A DNA stretch of 64,000 nt. Source: Paraspadella gotoi (taxonomy: Eukaryota > Animalia > Chaetognatha). The notes below the pieces were generated by a model, which saw nothing but the letters and a program-made list of their open reading frames with translations, was not told the DNA's origin and searched no databases. The stretch is taken from contig CM119270.1 in the NCBI GenBank assembly GCA_051294375.1, positions 19,943,160-20,007,159 of the forward strand, read 5' to 3'. Every line of letters begins with the position of its first letter. Position 1 is the first letter of the stretch. The position numbers were made by a program, and so were the translations under genes. Positions 17,302-31,797 of this stretch are shown piece by piece.

Positions 17302-17346
17302 TTCGCTGAAGAAGGTTCGCATTTCAAAAACCGAAACATGTACAAA
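17302..17346 (+). ncRNA. Minimal type-I hammerhead ribozyme (Penelope-like pLTR type)
   Basis: CTGAAGA-A-GGTT(loop)AACC-GAAAC-AT-GTA: core boxes, stem II, palindromic ACATGT stem III and GUA cleavage triplet. Stem I (TTCG/CAAA) has one mismatch. Confidence 0.6.
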
Positions 17347-17531
17347 ATTACTAAATCATCGTTTTAATAACAAAGAAAAATAACTCTGTTATTTTGTCAC
17401 TGATTTTTAAAAACAACGAAAGAAAGGAAAACACCACAAAAATATTACTAAAATTTAAAGTTAGACGTAGCATTTAAGTATAAATATATATATATATATA
17501 TAAATATATTTAATATAAATATTAAACATCC

Positions 17532-17724
17532 CTCCTCAAACTGGTGACCATTATGTTAGTATCTTTTAACAAACATAATATTATTGCATCTGTCATACTT
17601 TAACCAATCAAATGTAACTAGTTATTTTAAACGCTCTACTTATTTGAATAGTTGTAAATATATTACTCATTGTGTTGTATAATTCCGGTCTCTCCGTCGA
17701 CTTTTAATTCTTATAATAATAATA

Positions 17725-17778
<54 letters not shown>

Positions 17779-18733
17779 TAACTCTTCGTTCAAACTTTTA
17801 ATTGTCTAACGTCCTCAAACTTTTCTTCTTAATTGTTAATTCAGTTTGTTATGTTTTAATTTTTTAAATGATTTAAATATTTTTGGAACTACGTAGATTT
17901 TTTATATTAGTCACTAATATCTTTTACGTTACCTAAATCATAAGTCATGGACTACCTTTTCTCTCGCGAAAACTTTTTAAACATGATTTCTGTGTTTCTA
18001 TATTCAATAAATGTAACAAATTATATTTATTTTTCTTTTTATTATTAACAGTTATGAGACACTCAAAAAAATGACAGCCAGTTTCGGAAAAAACGTTAAG
18101 AGACGAGAATGGAATATAAACAATTGTATTGAGTTGGGCTTCGGCCGATCCAGACAGTGAATCTGGCGACATTCAGTCGCTTTGGCGAATAATCTGTAAA
18201 AGTAGATCTAAATTTGTATTATGATTAATTATTAATCATTTTTAGTTTCCCAAAAAAAATGTCAAATACGTATCGAGTTTTAGAGAAGAACGGGACATAA
18301 AGTTATTAATGTACAGCAACAAATATTTAGAATTAATAATGCCCCAAATTTATTTTAAAAGAAAGATTTGTAAAGCTACTGGATTTCCTCTTTGTTATTT
18401 TAAACGTAGATATTTCTTCTCTGCTGCTTCAAATCGTCCTTGAGCGAAAAAACAAAATCAGGACGAAAATAAACAAAACATCGAAGCGAATAAAACCTGG
18501 CGGCGACGAAAGAAATTCGTGCCTGCGTTGTGGCGCGCCAAGGATTAGAGAAAAACGCGGGTGACGACGTGATGTAGCGCCAATGATGACGCAGAGTCGA
18601 ATCGCAGATTGGCGCGATATTTGATTTCCCTTCTCTTTTCTTTCTCTCTGTCTTTGTATCTTTTTTGTCTCTCTCTCTCTCTTTGACTCCCTATCCCTCT
18701 GTCTGTCTGTCTGTCTGTCTGTCCTGTCTGTCC

Positions 18734-18789
<56 letters not shown>

Positions 18790-18833
18790 GTGATTTCTTC
18801 TTTTTCTTTTGTTCTTTTTCTTCTTTCTTTCTC

Positions 18834-18896
<63 letters not shown>

Positions 18897-19802
18897 CCTC
18901 TATCCGCATACAAATCAATAAATTTAAAGTGAAGCCGTTCGCCGTCGGCCTTGAGAACATAATTCATGACGACGTGAATGAACGAGCGCGGATCAGAGTC
19001 GACGTCGACGATGATTGGTCGAATGCTAAATTAACGATCACTCATTGGCTTAATAGCGCCAAGTAAATCAGGTAGTTACGTTAAGAATTGCAAAAATATG
19101 CTGGACGAATGAAGGATCTCAAGAATCAAAGAACATATGGTTATGAAAGAAATGTATCTCCTGTTATATGTATTTTTAAATGTGAAAAGAATTAAAACGA
19201 TTATTATAAAATTCATTCATTATTAAATCAATTTTTTCACTTTAAGGGTAAAAAAAAATCTAGCTACAGTCAGCCATTGCTAATCAACCGCTCCAGTTGC
19301 ATTGTACTACAATGCAATTTGTAGATCATTGTATTCCGTTTTTTTGCAACTTCGCTCCCTTCTATCCAGAAATTCTATTGGGTCACAGACTCACCCTCTC
19401 AAGTATTTATGGCGCCCTGCGGCGACGAAAGAGCAGAGACAAAACAGCAGCGACAAAAGAGTGAGGACAAAACAGCTGCAATGAAACTGCAGCAATTAAA
19501 CAGCGATAAATAAACAGAAATTAAATAACTGCTAATAGCATCAGGGAAACAGCACCGACAATGAAAGTGACAACAAAACAGCATCAACAAAACATCTTTT
19601 ACAAAACGAACAAAACATTGATTACAAAACAGCAACAAATAAATAGCACGAAAAAGCAGCCACCACGAAAGAGTATTGACAAAACAGCGTCGTCGAAACA
19701 AGGAAGATGAAACAGCGACCACAAAACAACTGTTGAGGCGTCGATGCGCTAAGCCAAACGCCGCAAGCAAAAGGGTATGACATTAAGCCGAATCGACTGT
19801 GT

Positions 19803-19866
<64 letters not shown>

Positions 19867-20783
19867 GAGAGAGTTATTTCAATTCATCTCTGTCGCCTCA
19901 TCGTCCTCCTTTTGCTTGCGGCGTTTGGCTTAGCGCATCGACGCCTCAACAGTTGTTTTGTGGTCGCTGTTTCATCTTCCTTGTTTTCGACGACGCTGTT
20001 TTGTCAATACTCTTTCGTGGTGGCTGCTTTTTCGTGCTATTTATTTGTTGCTGTTTGTAATCAATGTTTTGTTCGTTTTGTAAAAGATGTTTTGTTGATG
20101 CTGTTTTGTTGTCACTTTCATTGTCGGTGCTGTTTCCCTGATGCTATAGCAGTTATTTAATTTCTGTTTATTTATCGCTGTTTAATTGCTGCAGTTTCAT
20201 TGCAGCTGTTTTGTCCTCACTCTTTTGTCGCTGCTGTTTTGTCTCTGCTCTTTCGTCGCCGCAGGGCGCCATAAATACTTGAGAGGGTGAGTCTGTGACC
20301 CAATAGAATTTCTGGATAGAAGGGAGCGAAGTTGCAAAAAAAACGGAATACAATGATCTACAAATTGCATTGTAGTACAATGCAACTGGAGCGGTTGATT
20401 AGCAATGGCTGACTGTAGCTAGATTTTTTTTTACCCTTAAAAGTGAAAAATTGATTTAATAATGAATGAATTTTATAATAATCGTTTTAATTCTTTTCAC
20501 ATTTAAAAATACATATAACAGGAGATACATTTCTTTCATAACCCATATGTTCTTTGATTCTTGAGATCCTTCATTCGTCCAGCATATTTTTGCAATTCTT
20601 AACGTAACTACCTGATTACTTGGCGCTATTAAGCCAATGAGTGATCGTTAATTTAGCATTCGACCAATCATCGTCGACGTCGACTCTGATCCGCGCTCGT
20701 TCATTCACGTCGTCATGAATTATGTTCTCAAGGCCGACGGCGAACGGCTTCACTTTAAATTATTGATTTGTATGCGGATAGAG

Positions 20784-20861
<78 letters not shown>

Positions 20862-20889
20862 AAGAAAAACAAAAGAAAAAGAAAGAAAT

Positions 20890-20924
<35 letters not shown>

Positions 20925-20925
20925 G

Positions 20926-20979
<54 letters not shown>

Positions 20980-21896
20980 GGATAGGGAGTCAAAGAGAGA
21001 GAGAGAGACAAAAAAGATACAAAGACAGAGAGAAAGAAAAGAGAAGGGAAATCAAATATCGCGCCAATCTGCGATTCGACTCTGCGTCATCATTGGCGCT
21101 ACATCACGTCGTCACCCGCGTTTTTCTCTAATCCTTGGCGCGCCACAACGCAGGCACGAATTTTCTTTCGTCGCGCCAGGTTTTATTCGCTTCGATGTTT
21201 TGTTTATTTTCGTCCTGATTTTGTTTTTTCGCTCAAGGACGATTTGAAAGCAGCAGAGAAAAATATCTACGTTTAAAATAACAAAGAGGAAATCCAGTAG
21301 CTTTACAAATCTTTCTTTTAAAATAAATTTGGGGCATTATTAATTCTAAATATTTGTTGCTGTACATTAATAACTTTATGTCCCGTTCTTCTCTAAAACT
21401 CGATACGTATTTGACATTTTTTTTGGGAAACTAAAAATGATTAATAATTAATCATAATACAAATTTAGATCTACTTTTACAGATTATTCGCCAAAGCGAC
21501 TGAATGTCGCCAAGATTCACTGTCTGGATCGGCCGAAGCCCAACTCAATACAATTGTTTATATTCCATTCTCGTCTCTTAACGTTTTTTCCGAAACTGGC
21601 TGTCATTTTTTTGAGTGTCTCATAACTGTTAATAATAAAAAGAAAAATAAATATAATTTGTTACATTTATTGAATATAGAAACACAGAAATCATGTTTAA
21701 AAAGTTTTCGCGAGAGAAAAGTAGTCCATGACTTATGATTTAGGTAACGTAAAAGATATTAGTGACTAATATAAAAAATCTACGTAGTTCCAAAAATATT
21801 TAAATCATTTAAAAATTAAAAACATAACAAACTGAATTAACAATTAAGAAGAAAGTTTGAGGACGTTAGACAATTAAAAGTTTGAACGAAGAGTTA

Positions 21897-21950
<54 letters not shown>

Positions 21951-22147
21951 TTATTATTATTATATAAGAATTAAAAGTCGACGGAGAGACCGGAATTATA
22001 CAACACAATGAGTAATATATTTACAACTATTCAAATAAGTAGAGCGTTTAAAATAACTAGTTACATTTTGATTGGTTAAAGTATGACAGATGCAATAATA
22101 TTATGTTTGTTAAAAGATACTAACATAATGGTCACCAGTTTGAGGAG
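17532..22147. repeat. Giant palindrome: arms 17532-19774 and 19908-22147, 133-bp (AG)n-containing spacer
   Basis: Arms are near-exact reverse complements (mirrored ORFs 18545-18967/20715-21131 and 19399-19770/19912-20160). The right arm stops at an N-gap. Confidence 0.95.
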
Positions 22148-22172
22148 NNNNNNNNNNNNNNNNNNNNNNNNN

Positions 22173-22523
22173 GCCGCCGGCGCCGCAGATGCGGCCGCTG
22201 CCGCCTGTAGACGCCAGCGCCGCCACCTTTGGCGTCGCATCGTCGCACTTAATAGGTGGCGTTCCCTCGGACATTAACCGGCGTCGTCATCGTCATCGTC
22301 GTCGTCGTCGTCGTCGTCGACATCACAAAATTTTCAGGCTCTGGTTCACGTGAGGCGCGCCGGGGGTCACGTGACCACGCCCCTTGCGCCGATTCTCCTC
22401 CTCCTCCTTCCTCATCCTCCTCCTCCTTCTTCCTCCTCTTCCCTACTTCCTCTTCCTCCTTCTCCGGTTTTAGCTTTGCTCCGTTGAATGTCTAGAGTCA
22501 GTCCCTCAGTCAGTTTCACCTGC

Positions 22524-22607
<84 letters not shown>

Positions 22608-22860
22608 TACTCACTCTCTCTCTCTGTCTTTATCGGAGCCAAGGTAAATCGAGGCGCGTCGTGCCAGTAAAAGCGCCACTCTTCGTTATCGTCGTCGACG
22701 TCGTCGTCGTCGTCGTCGTCGTTTCTTTCCGTCGACACAAGCGGCTTTGGTTATCGCGGCTTTGCTAGTTTTTCATCAGGTGTAAATAGTGATGCCGCCC
22801 ACCGTTGCTAAGCGACCGCGCATGACGCATCGTCGATGGCGAACGCGTGTTGATAAACAA
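22173..22860. promoter_or_regulatory. CpG-rich putative promoter with tandem E-boxes and a GC box
   Basis: TCACGTGA (22346-22353), GTCACGTGAC (22366-22375) and CCACGCCCC (22375-22383) in a GC/CpG-rich island. Confidence 0.4.
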
Positions 22861-24188
22861 CAACAAAAATCCAAATGGAAATAAATGAAACGATAAAAAT
22901 GAGGGAAATTGAATTGAAAAAAAAAAATTGGCAAAAAAATTTTACAAAACTAAAGATTTAAAAAATGAAATGTATCGGTGATTTGATTGATCGATTTTTC
23001 ACCGACGTCGGAATATTTAAAATAAATAAAAAAAAGAGAGAAAAAAAATCACAGCGACGATTTTATTTTTGTCAAAAGTCGACGTATGTACGATGTATCG
23101 TTTGAAACTAAAACAAAAGTAAATAATAACAAACGTAAGTGTCGAAGATTCTCGTTTTAAGTCCTTGAAAATGTATTTGTATAATTGGCAACTTTCTAAT
23201 TGTGATATCTCTCCACGCTCGGTCATTTTATAAACATTACGATCTTGCCAAATCTATATTTTATTTCTCTCTGATACGTATAAATATTTTTTTTCCATTT
23301 CGTTTTTATTTAAATATTTCCAAGAAAAAAAAGAAGAAAAAAAAAAGTTAAAAGTCTTTTAAACTTGACACCATTTGATCGACCAATTTTATTAATATTT
23401 CGTTTAAAAAAATACAAATTTGTAATAACAGGAAAATAACAACCGGAGCTCAGGATGTTTCAATTATTTTCGTTAACATTATTTTATTTACATACTTTAA
23501 TGATTAAGATTCATTAGGGTTAAATCATCTTCATTACTTATTTCTTTTCTCATAAAATTAGTTCCTTAATTCATCTTTGTTTCACATTTCACATTTCACA
23601 CGTGATCGACTCAAATGTTTTTCATGGTCATTTTCACATTGAGCCGAGTTCTGAATGGTGAGAGAATTTTAGCCGAGGAAAATTCATTCTGTGATGAGCG
23701 TCATTAACTGTTTAATTGTTTATTCATGATTTTCCCATGTGAAATAATATTAATAATTTTGAGACATATGTACTCCTTAGAAACCCTTCCTTTTTTTAAA
23801 ATAGGTTCTTTATTGTTGGAAAGGTCTATTTATGATATTTAAAATCGTAGCTTATTCACCAATAACGATAAACATCCCTATTTTCTATCTACCTCTCTCT
23901 CTCTTCCTCTCTATCTATTTCTCTCTCCTCTTTTTCAGTCTCAGACTCATAAATTATCTCGCCTCTCTTTTGAGGAAGCGCTTCCATCCAGGAAGCGATC
24001 CACGATTCTCCAGAGAATTTCTTTAAAAAAGAAGCATCTGTTTTTCCTCAAACAAAAGATAATAAATGTTCCTTCTGTCGCTTAAACGTCTGGAGGTGGT
24101 TAAAATGGTCTGTTCCTTTCTGCTCTTTAAAATCTTTGTACTTTGTTGTTTTCTTTATCTCTTTCCTTCATTTGTTTTTCTTTTCTTT

Positions 24189-24246
<58 letters not shown>

Positions 24247-24467
24247 CTTTCCTTTCCTCCGCCGTTTTTCCTCCCTTCCTTTATTCTTCCTCCCTTTTCT
24301 TCCACATCCCCTCTCTCTCTCCATCTTTTCCTTCTCCATCTCTTCTCCCTCCCACCTCGCCTAAGATACTCGCTCATTCATCTTCTTTCCCAGTACACAT
24401 TGTGTATTCTTCCGTATCATATTCTCCTCTTTTATCATATTGATATGCTCTCCCTCCCTCTCTCTCT

Positions 24468-24519
<52 letters not shown>

Positions 24520-24604
24520 CTTTCTATCTCTCTCTGTTTATTCTTCCGCAACTTGGTTGCCTCTCTCTCATGTTCAGGTCTTGCGCGAATTCTTTCCCCT
24601 TTTA

Positions 24605-24652
<48 letters not shown>

Positions 24653-25367
24653 TCTTCCGTCGTTCATCTTCCTTCACGTCAATTCCTGCGATGGAAACGA
24701 CGACGATGACGACGTCGATGACGACGACGACGATGACGAAAATGGCGACAACAATGTAAAGGATGACAAGGGCGTTGACAAGGGCGTTGACAAGGGCGAC
24801 TCAATTTATGCTAATGATGACAGAAAAAAACATTTTGTACTACGGGTTTGCAAATGGCAGCTTTTTTCAAGCGGCGTGTTTCAAATTGTCACCATGTATT
24901 GCTAAATTTAAAAATTATTGCTAAGTTTTAAAAATCTGTCACATCCAACTCAACAACCAAAACTATCAATATTGTTGGCAAGTATGCCAATGTTTACTGG
25001 AATTTGAAACGTTAATTTAAAAGAATATTCTTTCCTTGAAATGATACTTTGAAAACTTTATTTTTCTAGTTGTTATAAGTTGTATGTAAAAATGTTGATG
25101 ACAGAGAGAAAATGTCGAAAATGTTGTGAAAAATGACAAATACGATAAACACGTTAGCATAAGTTGTATTAGAAGAAAATTTAATGAAAAAACCGACATA
25201 GACGATGACGACGACGATAACGACGGCGACGATAACGATGACGACGAGAATGACGATGACGACGACGACGACGATGACGACGACGAAATCGAGAAAGTAA
25301 ATTGAAACCGCGACGAAAGGAAAGAAACGGAAATAGAAACACTGTGACCTCGTGACCGGGCGCGTGG

Positions 25368-25467
<100 letters not shown>

Positions 25468-26397
25468 ACAGGTGGTTGCCCGAAATTGTGTGAATGACTT
25501 CTCGTTATCTCACCCAACGAAATTGTCTTCTAGTTAGAGGCAAGGCCACGTAAATGCGAACTGCTTCGTTTGGGATGATATCTTTGTGACGTTTCCCATG
25601 AGTTTCTTTTGATTTCGAAATGTTGTGAAGCTAAAAATATCGTGGTTTTAGGAATGACTTGTTCGTGGAGACAGTAATTTTGTGATTCGTCTTAATTTAT
25701 TATGAAAATTGCAAAATTACGTTAAGTACTATTTTAAGTTTTAGATTTAAAAAATATTCATTACTTTCTATTCTATTTATTTTAATAATACTGCTATTAT
25801 TATAATTATTATTATAATTATCAAACCATTATTCATATCTCTAACATTATTATATATGTAGATATCACTTTTTTGATTGTTTTACGTCCGAATAAATATT
25901 TTCTATTTGTGTATAATTTACTTTCAAAACTTGTGTATACTGTTGAGAGGAAGAGAAGAGATTCATTCTTCGACGCGTGTTTTGGTCTCCTTGACGACCG
26001 AAAAAAAATGGAGGAAAATTTATGTCGGGGTGAAATGTTAATGTGAGAATCGAGATGTGAGAATTGAGATGATAGACCTTTGGTGAGAGATGATAGAAGT
26101 GAGATGTGAGGAAAGAAATCCTCTACGGTTTTGTTGTTTTCGTAAAATGTTAATGATCATGAAGTGTGATAATGTTATGATTCGGTGATTCCAATACATT
26201 ACTACATAAACGTCGCATGCATTATTTTTTCAATATAATCTATAAATGTGAATAATAATGTAATATATCACGTATTCATAAAATATCATTATAAACAAAG
26301 AAAAGAAAAGAGATAAAAAAAAATAAAATGGTGACTCTTTCTCTTTTGAAAGACAAATGAGTTGAACAAAGGAATCAAGAAAATAGGTTAAAAGGGA

Positions 26398-26399
26398 CA

Positions 26400-26451
<52 letters not shown>

Positions 26452-26455
26452 AAAA

Positions 26456-26527
<72 letters not shown>

Positions 26528-26578
26528 AAAAAAGAAAGAAAGAAAGAAAGAAAGAAAGAAAAAAAGAAAGAAAGAAGG
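26398..26578. repeat. (AAAG)n microsatellite
   Basis: Directly visible. Confidence 0.95.
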
Positions 26579-27179
26579 AAAAATAAATAAATACAGAAAA
26601 AATAGCTAAGCTAAAAAATCAAAGCAAGGTTTAAACAAGAGTTAAAATTTATTCGTGTTATTCGATTGTTATGTCATTCCATCTTTGTAAAACATTTTTC
26701 AAACAAAAACTTTCATAGCCTACATGTATGTATTTATAAGAAAAAAACATTTTAAAAAATTTCCGAAAAAAAAACAGCGTCTAAAAATTCTCGTCTCCGA
26801 AGAAAAGATCAAGAGAAGAAAAACCGAAAGGAATTCCCGCCATTTTTCTTTTCCTCTTTCTTTTTTCTTCTTTTTTCTTTCTCCCGAAAGAAATTGGAGT
26901 TCGATGTTCGGAATCCAAATGAATCCAGTGAGAGCGACTCCACCGCCTCGAGGCGCCTTGGCCCGATGGCGCAGAGCCGTGATTAATCCCTTCTTATCGA
27001 CTATGTCCAGGGATCCAGCCCGTTTATTATTGGTCAAGTAATATTAGTGTATTAACACAGATATGAACAATATTTAAGGTAAAAATATAATGAACTTTTT
27101 TCCCCTTTATAATTCAGTTTTATTTCAGATATTTCTCCAAGCAAGTTCTCCCTCTATTTTATAATAACATCTGTTTTCT

Positions 27180-27920
27180 CCATTGCCTTCATCTCCCCAC
27201 TTTTTCTCTCTTGCCTTCTTCTCCCTCTCGCCTTCTTTCTCGTCATTGCTATTAAAATCGCCTTTGCTATCGCCCTAGCCATAAGAATCATCGCCTTCGA
27301 CTTCGTCATCGCCCTCACTCTCGTCTTATCTCTCGCCTTTGTCATCGCCTTTGCTATCGACCTCGACTACCCTTTGCCATTTCCCAAGCCATAGCCTATG
27401 ACCTAGGTATCTTTGTCATCATCTTTTACTTCGTCTTCACCCTCACTCTCATCTTATCTCTTGCCTTTTTCATCTTTTGCCTTTGCCCTCGCCATCTTTG
27501 TCATCACCTTCGATTTCGTCTTCACCCACACTCTCGTCTTATCTCTCGCCCTTGCCATTGCCATCGCTTCTGCTTTTGCCTCCATTATTGTCATCGCCAT
27601 CGCCATTGCCATTGCCCTTTCCTTTACGATCGCCATCGCCTTCTCCCTCTATCATCGCCATCGCCATTGCCATTGCCCTTTCCTTTACGATCGCCATCGT
27701 CAACGCCTTCTCCCTCCAGCATTGCCATTGCCATCTCCCTTTCCTTTGCAATCCCCATCGCCTTCTCCCTCGCAATCGCCATCTGCCTCACCATTGCCCT
27801 CTCCCTTGCCATGGTCTTCTCCTTGGCCCTCTCCCTTCTCTCCTTGACCATGCCCATGGTCTTCTCTTGGCCCTCTCCCTTCTCTCCTTGCCCATGCCCA
27901 ATGGGCATTGCCCATGACCT
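27180..27920. repeat. Degenerate (GCCATY/GCCCTY)n low-complexity hexamer array
   Basis: Gives AIAIA/MAMAM translations; inverted copy at ~42830-43260. Confidence 0.85.
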
Positions 27921-28040
27921 TCTTTCTTTAGAGTCCAAAGACGGAATTTTCCTCTCAACGCGACGACGCGACAAAATCCTAGATCCGAATTCGATTTTCA
28001 TGCTGACCTCGTTTCTTTCATCGCGAATCCAAAGACCAGA

Positions 28041-28285
28041 TGTCACTTGGCCTCAATCTTAACCCGACATCACATGGCCTCTATCCTGACTAGTCGTCAT
28101 TTGGCCTCTATCCTGACTGTACTTCACTTGGTCTCAGTCTTGATAAGATGTCACTTAGCCTCAATCATGAACAGGCCCCTTTTGTCCTCAATACTTACCA
28201 GACGTTACTTGGCCTCAATCCCAACCAGATGTCAATTTGCCTCAATCCTGATCAGTCGTCACTTGGCCTTAATCCTGACCCGACA
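28041..28285. repeat. 27-bp minisatellite, ~9 units
   Basis: Unit ~CACTTGGCCTCAATCCTGACCAGACGT (HLASILTRR-like translation); inverted noisy copy at ~42450-42700. Confidence 0.85.
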
Positions 28286-29711
28286 ATCCAGACTGACCCA
28301 TTCGAGAATAAACAGGAGAAAAAACCAGAAGAATAAAAAAAAGAGAAAAACGAACCAAGTCTGTGTTTTCTTAGAAATCCTCTAATTTAATTTGACTTCG
28401 TGGTTTCGGCCTTTGAAAGTTTCTCCGTTGGGAAAGAGGGAAGGGCTAAAAATAGAAGCAAGAAGAGGAAATCGAAGGTTGTGGACTAAATCTAAAAATA
28501 ATGGATTTGTCGTTAAAGATTAACATTGAAACTGCTGAGTTAAGGACGCATCCATCGAAAATGTAAAAAAAAAAGTAATATGAAAATGAAAAGAGACCAC
28601 AAACTACATTGATGACCTAATATTTTCCGTAGTTTTAATTTCATAACTCTGTAACGGTCACCCTGTATCTCGCCCGTGCCTTGTGACTCGAAGTCCGAAA
28701 GTCAGAGGTGTGGCGCGATATCGAAAAAAAAGAAACTTGCTTCGAAGTGGGGAAAAAAAGGCGAGAAGCGATTAAAAAACCGAGAAGTCGATAACCCCCC
28801 CCCTGACCCCCTAGGGTTGTTGCCAATTTCTCAAAGTTTCAAATATCTCAAAGAACATCTTAACACAATTTGTTGGAGGCTAAAAAAATAGCGTTCCACC
28901 AATCGCCACTCAAAATTGCTTCAAACACCCTTAGCGCCTACCGGCGCTGTGAGGATTTTTGGCACACTTTGCACATTCATTAATTCATTGTGTCTAAACT
29001 ATGAAAGATTTTAGTGTTTCCACTCTCATCAAACAGATGAAGAAATGTTGTGTTAAGTTTATATTCTTGTTTAATTTTAAGTCTCAACTACATCTCTGGC
29101 TTAAACAAACAGCACCAGCAATCTGCTGGAGATATGAGTAGCCAATTATGTTGGAAGACTATTAGCTTCTGAAAGGTTTGAACCACAAAGTGTTTACAAA
29201 ATTTTATTGACAATTAATAGCTCAAATAAAAAAATTAGCTTTTTCAAAAAAATATTGGTTTTGGGCACATCCTAGAGGATTTTTCTGTAACAGAATATTT
29301 AATCTAGTAAAATATATTCATAATGACTTATGTACAATATTTAATTATAGCATTTAATAAATGAAGTAGCTATGATATGAAATTTGGGTAAAATTTATCT
29401 GATTGACGCAACTACTTCAGAAGGTTAGCCTTTTTAGAAAAGATCCAATAAAATTATTTTTCCACATGCCTATTAATCTGAAAAAACTAAAATTATTTAT
29501 TCAAAAATATTTTATTAGTTGCCTAAACAACGAGTCAATTTTTTATTTCAGTACAATGTAAGTAAAATCTCGACAGACTTTCTGGAGGCTTCCTCATATG
29601 TTGGAGGATGTGGACGAAACGTTGGAATTAAAAAATCTGGCAATAAAGGCCTTTGACATTTATTAATGAATGCAATTTTGTTTTCAAAGATTAAAGCCTT
29701 AAATGAATTAA

Positions 29712-30160
29712 CTTTTTTCATCAGGGTTAATTTGTACTTCACATTTTTATGGATTATATTTTGCACAGACTGGCTTGAAGGGTGAATAATCTTTTATAAA
29801 ATCTGCGTCCTCTACCACTATTAATGCTACTTTAATCGATACAAACCAATGCTGCTGGACGCACTGAAATTTTTTATCAGGGTGTGCTCACATTTTAATG
29901 GGAATTATCTTTGGCACAGACTGCTTGAAAGGGTGAATTAATTTTTATAAAATCTGCGCCTCTACACTATTTATGTACTTTAATCGATTCAAACAATGCT
30001 GCTGAGACCCACTGACATTATTTTATCAGGATGCGCTTACATTTCAAAATGGATTATCTTTGCACAGACTGTTGTAAGGTAGTGAATAATCTTTATAAAA
30101 TCTGCCGCCATCTTCCACTATTTATGTACTTTAATCGATTCAAAACAATGCTGAATGAGA
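29712..30160. repeat. Subterminal tandem repeat, ~150-bp unit x3, inside the transposon
   Basis: TTTTATCAGG...GCACAGACTG..TTGAAGGGTGAATAATCTTTTATAAAATCTGC repeated at ~29715, ~29872 and ~30020. Confidence 0.85.
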
Positions 30161-30484
30161 TTTTTTTGTTTGGGCGGCTGAATATAACCACAATGATTGA
30201 TAAGCACCAACAGTTTAAAAAACTTAATTTTATTTGTTGTTCTTGCATTTTAATTTTTGCCACAATGTCCCTGAATTCTTATCAAAAGTTTTTCTCGTTC
30301 AAGTAGCATACTTTTAAATTGTTAGTCAATTTTAATTTTTTTTATTTAAAAATCATCTTATTTTTTATTATATATTTCGCGCGCAGATTGATAGTAGTAG
30401 AATTAAATTAATGTTGGCGTTTTATGTTTAAATTTTAAAAAAATCTTATTCCTTAATATTAAATAAAAACTTTATTAACAATAT

Positions 30485-30690
30485 CGGTTTATTCAATGTG
30501 CTGCACCGCAGTGACTTTATTTCCACAAGTATTTCTGTGACATGACATACGGGACTTGACGCGACATGGCGCGACATGACATGACTACATACTGACATGA
30601 CAGTACTGCATTCAGAATTCTGTTCTTTTATTCTTTATAATGTTTAAGGATTCTGAAGACGGCGCTAGCGTCCCCCTTTAATTAATTTTT
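30485..30690 (-). mobile_element. HINE/DINE-1-like copy nested in the long-TIR transposon
   Basis: Reverse complement of the 780-945 segment, including GAAATAAAGTCACTGCGGTGCAGCACATTGAAT and (CATGT)n. Confidence 0.55.
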
Positions 30691-31797
30691 GGAAGGGGGC
30701 TCCATAAAATTTCACCTTTTGTCGGTCTGTCGCGTCGCCACCCATTACCTTGTTGGTAAAGTCACATGAGAAAATGCTGCCTCTCTTTCTCTCTCCCGTC
30801 ATTCCCCTCAATCTTTAGTATTCGAGTTTGACCGGTCATTGGTCTGTCCAGTCAACACTTTCACAGTATTTAATAGTTAATTTTTGGAGAGAAACATGAG
30901 AACACTTTTCAGTCCTGTTTTAGACTCAATAAAAAAATGTTTGCCTGCTTTGGATCCCGTTTTTACAAGTTTTCAATGATATTACTAATAAAGTCTGATA
31001 AATTAAAAACGTTCGTATTTCTCGAATCCCATGTGAAACAGTCAGAAACGGGAGACGTTTAGATGCCGTCTCCGCTAGCGAGAGAATTAAGTCCCAATTG
31101 ACACAAACAATTCTCACATACTTTACATCATCTCAGACATTCGAATTATAAACAAATATGCAAAGAAGATTCCTTCCTCCGTCCGTCCCTCTGCTCCCCC
31201 CTTAGCTCTGAACCGCCCAATTAATGGACTTTCTCTCTCTCTCTCTCTCTCTCAGATTTATTTTTTAAAAGAGTTATCAGGATCGAATCACGTAACGTTA
31301 ATTCATCACAGTCAGGCAATTATAAATTTAAATTTAATTCATTCATTCAATTAATTTATTAATTTCAATTCATTTCATTTCAATTAATTCATTTCAAACT
31401 CATTTCATTCAAATCATTGATTTCATTTTATGATTCAGTTGCATTTTTTGCATCAACGCACTAGGGAAAATTGCACCGAAAACTAAATGGAAACTCTCTC
31501 ATTGGTCATTTTACTTCAAGTTTACTCATGTCAGGGTACTCATTTATGAAGTAACCTTTCCATAGGACCCTTCCGAAGATGAGTAGACGAATGAAAAAGT
31601 CTACATTTCTTGGTACCACTGTGTATTCAATAAGGGCCGAGATTGATGTAATTACGGTTTACTAGTTACTTTGACTGTAACTGTTGAGTATTACATTTTA
31701 ATTTGCCCCATTACTGCAATATCCAAACGAATTTAGATACTGTATTTTACGGGGCATTAATGGCCCTGAGGACAAAATTTCGGAGAAATATATTATT

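Noticed and set aside
27413-28385. Overlapping Ala/Ile- or Pro/Ser-rich ORFs
   Set aside because: Open in several frames on both strands because of hexamer and 27-bp repeats; no domain recognisable.
31605-31650. YHCV-like remnant suggesting the hAT transposase CxxH motif
   Set aside because: Too short and frameshifted to support a transposase call by eye.
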